Shown: piece after piece, positions 12,794-23,764 of the stretch
Numbering within the stretch: the stretch's first letter is position 1
Layout: every line of letters starts with the position of its first letter
NCBI GenBank assembly: GCA_026023565.1
Contig: JAPETS010000005.1
Location: 806,001 to 870,000 of the forward strand
Source of the DNA: Cirrosporium novae-zelandiae
Lineage: Eukaryota
Length of the DNA: 64,000 nt
Direction: 5' to 3'
Position numbers and translations under genes: made by a program
Notes under the pieces: model-generated
Told to the model about the DNA's origin: nothing
Databases searched by the model: none
What the model saw: the letters and a program-made list of their open reading frames with translations, nothing else

Positions 12794-15700
12794 GTAAATT
12801 ACTTTATTACTCACACTACCAGAGATTCTAATTATAAAAACATTGTTAAGGTATAAAAAATTCGTGTGTAGTAGAGTAAGGTCAAGTTTAAAACATAATT
12901 AATAAACCCCTACAAAAGGTCTCCTGCATATGTATACAGGTATAAATCGGAAATGGCCGAAATTTAGTATTAGGGGGGCTATCAGTCTAGTAATGTCAGT
13001 TTGTGTTGAGCCTTTCGTGATGTACCTATATACTAGGGGATTCTTGCCACGCAGGGATGTCGGGTATTCAGTCAAATTCATAAACATGAAAGAGTTCTAC
13101 GCCTCCATATTTTGTTCGCTCTTGAAAAGCGTGTGCTATATAGTACTCCTTCCGCTTCTCCCACGTGTTTTCCCCGTACGGAAAGCCTTTCCACTTCACA
13201 AGGAACCAAGTTGTTTTGCCTTGTTTCCACTTGGCAAGCAGCGATTCAGCCTCCCATATTCCTCCCTTGGCGTCAATTGCAGCCGGCTGATCTCCCACTC
13301 CTTGGCTGCCACGAAGCTGCTGTGTCACCGTGCTTTCTATATGCCCTGGCCTATGTGTCGGTATGGTTTCGAGGGCATCCTCAACCGAGTCGGTGGTTGC
13401 TGGTGGACTTGGTGTGGAAGAAGGAAGAGCATCTTGAAGCCCCGGATTAATCAACTTCATCGGAACACTGGACAGATTTGACGGAGGAATATTAGGGCTA
13501 GACAGAATCCAGTCCTCCTGAGACTCAATAGGAGAAGAGATAGCATCCGCGATCGCGTCAAAGTTCCAAGGTTCAGAATCACCAAAGAGGTCGACGGTGG
13601 CTACTTCCAATGAAATTGTCCAGGGGAGTGACAATTCTCTCCAGTCTAAGGAACTGCTTTGAGAATGTCGTCTGACAGAGATGAGAGCGAAGTATCCGTA
13701 TTGTAACAGTCATCATGATTGTCCCAGACGCTACCAACAGGGGTACTGCGATGTGATGAGGAACCGCTAGACACTGCTACTATCTCAACAACGTCCGCTG
13801 GGCCTGGATCAAAATTCGTTGCCAAGATATTCACAAACGTGTGACCAAGAGGTTCTTTGGAGCGACCCTCAGGGGTTGATTTCCGATCACCCGGTGCTTT
13901 GGAGTCTTCATCTTCCAGCTTTTCTTGGAATCGACGTCGTTTCGTTGTAGCGGCACCCGACGTTTCGGCTTGTTCATCTTCGCTCTCTTCCCGCTGACGT
14001 TGGCGCTTCTTCCCCGCATCGGACTTATAAGTGCTGTGAATGTCTCCGATGTGGTTCCATAAGTCTGATTCCGAATGAAGCACCGCAGCGCATAACAAAT
14101 GCGGGCATGGAATAGAGTCCTTGCTATCTAGACTCTTGACGTAATCTGGGGTGCATACAGAGTTGTGCCTTTGCCAGCTGGTTCGATCCGGGAACTGTTT
14201 CATCTGCAGGGCCGCTGGCAATCATTTTTTCCCGAGACATCCGCTATAATATCCGGCGCAAGCAATAGCACGGCGAAAGATGGCAGGGTCGCACTGGAAA
14301 GGCACGTCGATGTTGTCGATGTGGTTTTGGTAGTGGGCTTCCTAATCCATCTCACTAGTTATCCACCTACTGCACCGGAAGCAAAACTCGGCAAAGCCAG
14401 ATGACTTCTCATGGTAGGCTTTGGAGCACCGGTATATATGCTCCCACCTGTCTTTGACGTCGATGCTAATGCGATCTGTTAGCAGAAACGGCAATATGAG
14501 ATGGGAGTTATCCTTACTCTTGAATATCCTCGCCGCAAGTCGATACTGGACAGTGGCCTCCAACAAGCCGTAGCACTTCCTGGTACGCAACATGGGGATT
14601 GTTTGTGCGGAGAGCAATGAGATCTCGGAAAGCGGATATACCCTCAGGGCTCCGCAGCGGGACGGCGGGCGGTAAAATACGCGCAAGGCGATCGCGCTCA
14701 GGAACTATGTGATGGGTAACACGGTCAAAGTAACTGCGCTGCTATTCGTCTTGGTCATATACCTCACACTGGGTGGTGTGTACTCGTTGAATCCTGCGGT
14801 AGTTCGCCAACTCTTCGTCAATCAGCTTTTGGCGCTAATCATAGATATAGCGCCGCTGAGCCCTGAACTCTTGGCGCCCCTTCTCCGCGATAGCAGCCGT
14901 GATTTGGACGGAGAGTTTGTCAATCTGCTCACCAAGATCGGTAAAGTCCCGGCGCCGTCTCATCTCATCCAGGCACTTTGCTGGAAGTGAGTGCCGGAGA
15001 TCCGAGTTCCTCCTCATAGACGCAGAGCGGAAGTCTTTTGTGAGATCCCGCTGCACCGTCCACATTATTCATGTCATCCAAGTAGTGGCCGACAAGAGTC
15101 TTTGAGTTTCTGTGTGCGGCGAACTTCATGACCTGCCCCAGCGAATAGTCGCCGTCTGTTGCCAATTAGCCTGCTGTACCATAAACTTTGTTTGGACTGA
15201 GGACCCTTACCGTCTACCTTGATAAGCGCTTCGCGGCGGGGGGCATGAAGGCCCATCCCTCCCGTAAAACCAGACCTTTTAGCACGGGCTGGCCCGTAGA
15301 CACACTTACAGGAACCACTGAATCATGGACCTCTAGAGGAATGGTGAGGTTGAGCGTGCGACAGCTTCAGTGATATGCTTCATGTCTTCCATATTGCGTA
15401 ATTCCGATCCTGGATATTTCCTTTCATACCTAAGACGTATCAGTGCTTACTATTTTAGACTGGACTTTGTGGTGTTGACAACGTACCCTTCCCAAAAACC
15501 CCACATCGCGTCGTACCGTGGTTGACTGGTTTTTTTATTAAATTTTCTGTGAACGGGATTGCTATCGATCCCGGACCTATCCTTAGAGAGCCCATCCCTC
15601 AAGGCTTCCTCTATCTACTCGTCTGGATTCAGTCCTCTCCAACATCCTTTTGCTCGCTCTGTGCTCATGGCTTGCAGAGGTGTGTATGTGCGGATGTGGA

Positions 15701-16076
15701 TATCTGGAGTGGAACGAGATAAGAAGGTCTTGCTGGAGAAATGGGAGAGAGAGGAGAGAAGAGGGAGAAAATATAAGTGGAAATATATAAGGAGATATGT
15801 GAAAAGATGGATGAAAAGAAGGGAGAGAAAAGAGGTAAAGGTAAGAGGGGAACGGTCATTTATAGAGTACGAAGCCCTAGGCAAAACGCAGAGGACAGCG
15901 TAAAACACTTTGAAGTAAGATGCAGAAGAAGGTCCCATGCATGAAGGCAGGCAGGCACGCATGATAACTGTCTGGAAATAAGTGGATAGTGGGAACATAT
16001 TTGGGACCCCAGGCTAAGGAAGGGGGGCTTTTCGGGCCCCTCGTTAAAAGTTGACGATGTCTGGTGAGATGGGTAA
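12794..16076 (-). mobile_element. Derelict Starship-like element (captain only, about 3.3 kb); boundaries tentative
   Basis: Contains the DUF3435-type gene relic. Minus-strand TTAC at 16076-16073 and 12797-12794; imperfect inverted repeat TTAC-N7-ACCAGA at 12807-12826 and 16057-16076. Confidence 0.6.
13146..15668 (-). pseudogene. DUF3435 tyrosine recombinase (Starship captain / 'FluG-domain'-type) with C-terminal Cys/His fingers and chromodomain; stops, frameshifts and internal deletions
   Basis: Recombinase segment GLHAPRREALIKVD, QVMKFAAHRNSKTLVGHYLDDMNNVDGAA, RDLTKDFRSASMRRN; FAEFCFRCSRW; CPHLLC..LWNHIGDIH; chromo motif IWEAESLLAKWK..FLVKWKGFP..NTWE. TAG at 15615-15617. Confidence 0.8.
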
Positions 16077-16174
16077 GCAGACCTGAGCAGACTTGAGCCG
16101 AAGCTGAGCAAAGGCGGCGCGAGATCACGTGAGCTTGGTGGTTGGAGGCGTCGAGATTCCAGTCAAGAAACAAT

Positions 16175-18565
16175 TTATCCAATACACCACTCAAACTTAT
16201 TGAGCATCTTCGTATCTGCGGTGACGATGATGTTATTACCTTTTTCGCCGAGAAGAATTTGAGATTTTTTATTGGCAGCAGCAGCATATTGTCCCGTCTT
16301 AAAAACTCGAATTATGTACCTTGCATATATCATAATTCTGCTTTCGTTATCACCAGCAACAGCGGACATATCTTCTTTTCGGTATATAGAGACGATTAAC
16401 CCAGCAGTGGCAGCGGCGAAGGTATCATCCTCGTTGTTTGAATCATCCAATATTATCGCGAGATGGTTGTCGGCAACAAGTCTCGAGTAGGAATTATGAC
16501 CATAACAATCCTGCTCCTCCACTGCTTTCCAAACCTCTATGGTGATCTCATTTTCGTCCGCTATGTGAAACTCTTTTCCCCAAAGCCCAGTTGTTTCAGC
16601 TCCACGAATGCCAGATAACAACTTTGCTGGAAGAGAGCAGATCAGACCGCTGGTATTATAATATGATCCATCCTTTGTTATCCAAGTTTGTAGAAATGGG
16701 TGACAGGGCTCCCGCCGGTTCATTCCCTTTGATAATGTCATTAATGATTCCGGGGCCCATCGGTATCCATCTTCTTGTAATTTCGGCTCCGAGGTGAAGA
16801 GAATTGCTGTAGAAACTCGCATACGGAGATCCGCAAGGACGTTGAGAAAGGCCTTCATTCGTTCGTTGGCGGAAGATGCGGCGACAATTGTAGTCTGATC
16901 TAATCGACAAATGGATGCAATGCATAGCGTTTCATCTGCTCGCTTTGTTGTTTGCCGGTACTGGATAGCCGTCAGGATTTGTAATGGCATTTGATATTCG
17001 ACGTCTGGGAATGAATTATCATTGCCACTTAGTTGCATTCCTTTCTCGGTGTTCTCAAAATTAGGCCTCAATGGGATGTGGTTGAATAAATATTCTATAA
17101 TATCACCAAGTATACTCTGGCGGAATAGCCGAACTTCCTCGCGGTTTTTCGTGGGTATATTTACTGTCCCTTCAGCAAATTGAAAGAATAGTCGATCACG
17201 TCCGACAACTCCTTCCTCAAGGGTCCACAGCCTTTGCATCCATCCGCTAAAACAAATGCGCATCAGCCATTCTTCCTCACTGCATTCGCGTGTGGATTTT
17301 TCTAGCTCTGCATCGAGAACAAGCACTTTATTTGCTTCTTCATACATCTTTCCGAGTTTTCTCAGCGCTAGTTTGCGTCCTTTCGGCTTCAGAGGGACAC
17401 AAAGTGTATCAATCCAGATGGGTATATCGGCAATTCTTTCCTCCTTGAACAAAGCAACAGCAAGATTCTTCAATCGTAGCAACTGACATTGTGGAAGGGA
17501 GTTTGTGCGAGCGTTCCCAAGTCCGTCAGACCACACATGTGATATAGCAACATAAGGGCCAGTGTCTGTTACAACAATGTAGAAGCTGCCCGCTTCATTT
17601 TCACCTACTGATATGCGAGGGATTCCGCCATTCTCGAGAATGGAAACAACATTCTCAGCATCAATTTCAAGATGCACACAATCACATCCACTAATGACAT
17701 GTTTCGAGACATAACGAGATTCATCAATTCTTTTCTGGGTACATTCATCTTCTAAGCAAGTTGAGTGGCTCTTTTTAACATCAGGTCGAGAAAGGGTACT
17801 AGCAAAATAAACCACAGGAGCAGCGAACCCGAACTTGGGACCTAGAGCTTTAACATCTCTTGGGCACCAGTTGGCCCTAAGCATTTTTACATAGTCCAGG
17901 ATTGGGGCACGTGGAGTAACAAAACCGACTTCCATATAATCAAAAGGGAACTTGGTCCGAGGAATCTTGAACCTCCATTTCCTAAGTTGCCGTAAAATAT
18001 TATTTAATTCAGCCATACTGCTTGATTGACCCCATATGGCATTAGCACATGCGTACAGTGCGTGAACCAGAACACGAGTAAAACTGATGACTTCTGGATT
18101 TAGAAAACCCCCCAGAGCAGATCCAGAAGGGCATTCCAGGAGATCTCTAACTTGCATTAAGCACTGCGTGGCTGCGTGAAGCTTTCTAGGATACTGACTC
18201 CGGTCCTTGACTACCTCACAAACCGCCCAATCTTCAAGGTAACGGTCAAACAAAATCATAGTAAATAATCTTTGATCACCCTCTTTCCGGATAAAATCTC
18301 CCTGTCTGACTTGGATCCCTGAAAGACTAATAACTTCACTAAGAGTACCGAAAAACATCCATGCTTGTAGAAAAGCTGTTGCAACATCTTGATCAAACTG
18401 CAAGTGATCTGTACGCACCATCACTATAGTAGTCCCTTGGCTTTCCCATTTTATTTCCCAACCTTTGCGAGTTGGAAAATCAAAGAAGCCTTGGTTGTCA
18501 TAGTCTGTTTCAAAACATATGCATGGACATTCGAGAGGATGCTGAAAGTGGGCATTATTATCCAT
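16175..18565 (-). CDS. HET-domain (heterokaryon incompatibility) protein, 796 aa, intronless
   Basis: HET blocks PYVAISHVWSDGLGN, IWIDTLCVP, YEEANKVLVLD, WMQRLWTLEEG; N-terminal FLQAWMFFG. Confidence 0.92.
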   Translation of the reverse strand: MDNNAHFQHPLECPCICFETDYDNQGFFDFPTRKGWEIKWESQGTTIVMVRTDHLQFDQDVATAFLQAWMFFGTLSEVISLSGIQVRQGDFIRKEGDQRLFTMILFDRYLEDWAVCEVVKDRSQYPRKLHAATQCLMQVRDLLECPSGSALGGFLNPEVISFTRVLVHALYACANAIWGQSSSMAELNNILRQLRKWRFKIPRTKFPFDYMEVGFVTPRAPILDYVKMLRANWCPRDVKALGPKFGFAAPVVYFASTLSRPDVKKSHSTCLEDECTQKRIDESRYVSKHVISGCDCVHLEIDAENVVSILENGGIPRISVGENEAGSFYIVVTDTGPYVAISHVWSDGLGNARTNSLPQCQLLRLKNLAVALFKEERIADIPIWIDTLCVPLKPKGRKLALRKLGKMYEEANKVLVLDAELEKSTRECSEEEWLMRICFSGWMQRLWTLEEGVVGRDRLFFQFAEGTVNIPTKNREEVRLFRQSILGDIIEYLFNHIPLRPNFENTEKGMQLSGNDNSFPDVEYQMPLQILTAIQYRQTTKRADETLCIASICRLDQTTIVAASSANERMKAFLNVLADLRMRVSTAILFTSEPKLQEDGYRWAPESLMTLSKGMNRREPCHPFLQTWITKDGSYYNTSGLICSLPAKLLSGIRGAETTGLWGKEFHIADENEITIEVWKAVEEQDCYGHNSYSRLVADNHLAIILDDSNNEDDTFAAATAGLIVSIYRKEDMSAVAGDNESRIMIYARYIIRVFKTGQYAAAANKKSQILLGEKGNNIIVTADTKMLNKFEWCIG

Positions 18566-18876
18566 TATCTTTAGTTAGTAGCACCAGCCGTATTGATGAA
18601 GCAGTAGAACGTGAAGCGGAAGCCAACTATAACGGCCACATTATATAACTAAAGCAATCAAGAATTCGGGATCCATAGAAGCAAATTATTTCACTTAAAA
18701 TTTCCAAGCCACCAAGTTGGTGACATCTAACTAGAAGTTATTCACACTTGGATCCAGAAAACCCAAAGGAATTTAGGTGAACAAATGCCCAAAATACCTA
18801 AAAGTCAAACATACGACGTGTAGTCTATAAGAAAGCTGTAGAATTATAGAGGACAAGGTACTAACTACCTAGGTAT

Positions 18877-18950
18877 ATACCCCGCAAAGGGGCCTGCGCT
18901 CAAGGCTAGTCCTAATAGGGTAACTACTATTAGGCTAAGGCAACAACAAG
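18877..18950 (+). repeat. Short hairpin-bearing relic, possibly the 3' tail of a LINE
   Basis: Hairpins CCCC-gcaaa-GGGG and CCTAATAG-N8-CTATTAGG followed by an (AAC)-type tail. Confidence 0.25.
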
Positions 18951-19571
18951 AAAAGGCAACCACGCTGGTTCCATAACACATCGTGATCAAAATGCAGCAT
19001 GATCATATATATATATGTTCCAATCCCGTAAGGGAGTCAGGGGGTTGGCAAATACCGTGCAACTACTATGATATGGATATCCCACTTTGTAACTTTTATA
19101 CAACACGCTCTCCTCCTTCCTCTACCATTCTCTATACTATACTTATATAAAACACACCTTCACTTTCGAAGAGTAATTTGCTTTTTCTACATTCTATATT
19201 CAGCTTCCATAAATGTACTGTATTTTTAACACCTTACTTCCAATAATAAATAAAATGAAATCAAACCAAACCAAAAGCCTTGCAAAAGTTCAACAGTATA
19301 TAGTCTATCTCTCGTGATAATCAAAAAACATCATCACCATCATTAATCGTGAGAGCCAATTTTTTCCATATCATATATCACCCTCTCGGTTTCTTAAACC
19401 TATGTTAATCCTCCTCTTATTACCAACCCCCTAGTACATATAGCATAGGGGTCAAATTTGGGGTTATTATATATTATCATTGATTGCTAGACTAGTAATC
19501 GTAGTTGATTTCAAGGTTACCAGTCTAAATTTCAAATCTAAATTCATTCTCTATAAGCCTTCTTCTCCTCC

Positions 19572-19643
19572 TGTAAGGAGCCAGGCGGGGTAAGAGCAAC
19601 TTCCGCACACGTAGATCGGCACAGCCCCAAAGGCTGTGTTACA
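19572..19643. mobile_element. Possible deleted solo-LTR remnant
   Basis: TGTAA...TTACA termini with a subterminal GCACAGCC/GGCTGTGT hairpin. Only 72 bp; no target-site duplication. Confidence 0.3.
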
Positions 19644-20074
19644 AGCAAGTATTAATGGCGGTGATGCTGTGGCACCCCACGTGAACCCCGCAGCGATATA
19701 TTATCCTGTATCCTATCACGGCACACAGGCACAGTCTCCTTGGCAGATTCCATATGCCATGCTAGACCCAGTCAGCCAGGACGAGGCTTAGGAGAAAAAG
19801 AAAAAAAATAAGGTAAAGTACAGTAAGCTAAGGTAAGGTCGCATATTGTGGAAAGTAGGAAGAGGAAGCTAGGTGAAATCGAAGCTTCGTTTTATATGGT
19901 GCAAGAATCTTATGGTGGTTGTTGTTGGGTGTTGGGCTAGTGCTTACCTTTTGGAATAAATCGGTGATTTGTGTTTTTGTAAAAAATAGAGAGGGTAGAG
20001 GGTGGAATTATCAGAGATGGAGAGAAATTTGTCCGAGGCTAGGGTGGGTAGGTGAGTAATAATAGGCTTTGTTT

Positions 20075-20120
20075 ATGAGATGTAGATTGTGTGGATGAGA
20101 TGTAGATTGTGTGGATGAGA
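20075..20120. repeat. 20-bp tandem repeat (2.3 copies)
   Basis: ATGAGATGTAGATTGTGTGG x2 plus ATGAGA. Confidence 0.9.
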
Positions 20121-21354
20121 CTAGTGTTGTGAATATACCTACGCTCCCCTCTTTTTCTTTTTTTTAATCTAAGCCTACTAGAAAGCAGTTTTCAACGGCT
20201 TACTAGTTACTAGCTATAAAGATAAGAATTTTATAATGCTGGCCGTGCATATGGCTGTAAGGCTCATTCGTAACAGTGGGGGAGGGCGGGGGGGGGTATC
20301 GGATCTATATTTCGTGTAGCCTTCCTGAAAGGTGTTGATGTGATAGGCCGAATTTCCATAGCAGCTGGGCAATCACTTACTAGTTTTTAGTTTTCGTGGT
20401 AATAGCATAGCATAACATAGCCACTTTGAATTGGTTAAAAAAACATGGTAATCATGCAAAAGCCATTTCTATGGCTCGTATCCCAAAACAAGGCTTACTT
20501 GCTTTCAGCCCTTCCTCCCACCTTTTCTTTATGGCCTTCCTTCTGCGGCCTCTATTTTCGTCATCCCGGCTGGTATCTTCTTCTGCACATTAATATCTAC
20601 ACCCTCGACCGCTTCACTCTTGAAAATTAGCCTCACCAACATCAAAGCTCCAAATTCCTCCTCCTCCAACTCAAAAACCTACCTCTTCTATCCCCTCCCT
20701 GGCCATGTTTTCCTCTTCCGCCTTGATCTCCAGCGACCGTTAGTGCTTTACGCAGCCTTTCTTTCCTACGAGCAACCTTGGAGAAACTTTGAACAGAACA
20801 CAACTCAATTATGGTTACATCGTAGTCGGTCTTTTACCTTGATTTATCACAGTTATATTTTTTTCCCACTCGTTTTTGCTAGGCGTGGTTGTACTTTCTT
20901 TTAACGTTAGGGTCGGGCTTATACTCTTCTTAGTTCACTCTCTATCGTTCCGAATTTATATTTCTTGACATCCCCGATTTTGCACTTGGTTCTCTGCCCA
21001 TGTATCTAACACCTCGGGGATATGTATACCAGGTACTGGTGAGGACCGAAAAGGTTCAAAATGCGTGAACCAAAGCTGTTTGTTTAATAAGAGTAGGGAA
21101 AATAGAACTCTCAAAGAGAATTTAGAAGAATGAAATGGTAAATCAAATTATATGAAAGAGCGAGAGTAACTGAGGATTGACAGGTTTGGCTCTGCTAGAT
21201 GACTCCTTAGACAAGACAGAAATTAACAACCATTTTGTTAAATATAGTGATGCTTTAATATTTGGAAATCTTGATATGACATGGCTGTGATTGGCTTTTT
21301 GAAAACCCAAAATATGGATTCGAAGTGATTAAGAGAAATGGAAATTAGGGGGCA

Positions 21355-23178
21355 TCAAATATGAGGAATATAGTTGACCCAAGGTATACCAGCATAAACA
21401 CCAATTGGTACATGGCGGAGGCTTACGAAAGATTCAATGACGAGGAAGAGCCTAAACAAAATATAGAATGGAAGGACTAAATAACCAAGATAGCAATTGT
21501 ACTTAAAAACATTAATGAAAAAACCACTAGAAGGCGAAAAAATATAGATGCCGATTGCCTGAAAAATCACCCTGAAAACGAAAAGTATTAGTGATATCCC
21601 CATTATATAAAAACATGAAATTTTCCATAAAGCGCATTCATACGAAGAAGGGAAATCAAAGGTCCAGGCCGTTAAATGAACGCCTCCATAAATTGACGTT
21701 AGTATAAATAGTATCGGAACTATGTATTGAGCCGCCGTAATATCCAAGAGCATGCCGAAAGGGACCATTACCGATTCTGCATTCCATGGAAAGTTAACAG
21801 AACGAGTACTCCACGTAATTGAATCCTCCAAAAATAAGGATTCGACTTTAGGAGGCCATTGAGTCGACTGAGCAGAGTCCGAATCTGAGTTTTCTGAGTT
21901 TTCAACAGCCACCGTAAGTTGCTCGGACTCCCTATAAGCTTTCGCTGCGAGATTCCAGCGAGTTATATATTTTTCAGACAAATCAACTCGGATGGAATTA
22001 TTGGGGTTGATCAATTGCAGGTCCTTAAGTTGTCGTTTCCAGGTCTTACGTTGTCTCCAAGTCCAAGGTTGGAGGTTATATGAATCGGCTGGGCCGATTC
22101 CACCCGAAAGACACTGACCAGTTCGCAAGGTACGTTTTGGATTCGGTAAAGAAAAATAATTGCCTTTAGAGTCTTTAGGGTCTTCTAAGGAAGTGGTTGG
22201 CTGTACCTCGGATCCGATTTCGTCAACGATGTTAACAAGACTAGCCTCCCCCAAAGAAGAAATATAGTCAGAATCCATGTCCCTTAGCAATTTCCAATTA
22301 CTGTGATGTATGTCACTTGGAAGTTTCCAATTACTGTGATGTATCGACCCAGCTTGACACATTAGCATTAACGCTAGTGATTCTTGAAAGCTCGTCGAGT
22401 TGATTATAATAGGGTCATTGATATCCAATGGTTTCGCCCACCAGAAGCAATACATAGAAAGTGCGCACACCACATGAACTAATGTATGGATCTCGAGCAA
22501 AGTCAATGGATAGTGTGAGGCCTTGCGAGCAATACACTGAATCAGCATCCACAATGCTTGCCAGCATGAATATAGTTTGACAAATGTATTAGCTTTGCTT
22601 TTATCCCGGATTGTATCGTCAGGAACGCGAATTTGATCCAAATATCCTATTCGAGCCAGATAAAGGATCCCATCAGGAGTAAGAGTGATTCGTTCAAGCA
22701 CGTTATGCATATCATTAACATCGACGGCCAGCCCACCCATAACTGCAAAATAGCCAAAAAGAAGGCTAAATTGTAATGGCTTTGGTGATTTGACGTGATT
22801 GGATGACTTAAGGCAGATATCATTCAAGCCTTTTACCAGTCTCTTTGCCTCCCAAAATTGAAACCAAGCAGTGTATAAAACTATCTCTGGTGCAAGTAAA
22901 GCTATACAAGCCCATTTAACCTTAGTCCAGAACTTCGACGGGATATTAGGGTGGATAGCCGTGTAGATGCAAAGGCTCAAAGTGACCAGGCAGCTCGAAA
23001 GGATATTGATAGTACCCCGAATGCCTGGAGTTATGACCCATAGCGGCGCGATTTCGGTGTTTAGAAATGTAATATTTGACAAAGGCACATCGTCGAGTTT
23101 TGTCGTAAAACTGGAAATTGGGGCAGTTCTCACTTCAGTGGAAAAAAATAAGTAGCTCAGCAGGTAAAGAATAAACAT
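21355..23178 (-). CDS. Uncharacterised fungal multi-pass membrane protein, 607 aa
   Basis: Long intronless ORF with hydrophobic N-terminus and family blocks RGTINILSSC..TAIHPNIP, ALLAPE, DKSKAN..QALW, LTLLEIHT, WWAKPLDI, YGGVHLTAW.F.FPS..E..LW. Confidence 0.88.
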   Translation of the reverse strand: MFILYLLSYLFFSTEVRTAPISSFTTKLDDVPLSNITFLNTEIAPLWVITPGIRGTINILSSCLVTLSLCIYTAIHPNIPSKFWTKVKWACIALLAPEIVLYTAWFQFWEAKRLVKGLNDICLKSSNHVKSPKPLQFSLLFGYFAVMGGLAVDVNDMHNVLERITLTPDGILYLARIGYLDQIRVPDDTIRDKSKANTFVKLYSCWQALWMLIQCIARKASHYPLTLLEIHTLVHVVCALSMYCFWWAKPLDINDPIIINSTSFQESLALMLMCQAGSIHHSNWKLPSDIHHSNWKLLRDMDSDYISSLGEASLVNIVDEIGSEVQPTTSLEDPKDSKGNYFSLPNPKRTLRTGQCLSGGIGPADSYNLQPWTWRQRKTWKRQLKDLQLINPNNSIRVDLSEKYITRWNLAAKAYRESEQLTVAVENSENSDSDSAQSTQWPPKVESLFLEDSITWSTRSVNFPWNAESVMVPFGMLLDITAAQYIVPILFILTSIYGGVHLTAWTFDFPSSYECALWKISCFYIMGISLILFVFRVIFQAIGIYIFSPSSGFFINVFKYNCYLGYLVLPFYILFRLFLVIESFVSLRHVPIGVYAGIPWVNYIPHI

Positions 23179-23764
23179 AGTGCTTGTCGGGAGTAAAGGA
23201 TAAGGGTAATAGTTTAAAAATTTTGGAAGTGAATAATCTTATTAGAAAACGAAGGGAAAGCAACGACGGAAGAATTAGTTATTGCTCAAGCAATAAGTAG
23301 TATGGATAAATTAGAAGAACATGTCAACATATCAACCAATAAAAGCTGACTATGTAGACAACCACCACTTTTGATGTCACATTCAGCTTCACTTTACCTC
23401 GCCGCCTAACAAGCGATAAATAAACGGCCAGTGCCCTATAAGCTGTAGCCTAACATGCTTGACCCTAGTAGACTGTGCATACAGAAAATAAATGCGTCTT
23501 TATATACCCCCCTTTAATCTAAACCACTCGCCAATCCAATATACTGAATTATGAAGAAGACTTTGCAGAGAGCTCAACTAGCGGTTCAGCGAAATGGTTA
23601 TGTTTTAGATGTCTTGCCATCCAATAATCAACAATACTGGGTAGAAATAATTATGACCAGCTGTATGCTTTCCTTGTGCGAATATAATTCTATAAAAAAT
23701 AATTCAAATCGATAACATCTAACATCCCCGTCGATAGTACCAGCTTCCCCTCCCCCCCTTCATA

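Noticed and set aside
3699..15617. Reassigned genetic code explaining the in-frame stops
   Set aside because: TAA, TAG and TGA all end intact genes in this window, and the stop-bearing genes mostly carry other lesions as well.
15559..16287. Overlapping short ORFs upstream of the captain
   Set aside because: They arise from purine/pyrimidine-skewed promoter sequence and overlap with the HET gene end.
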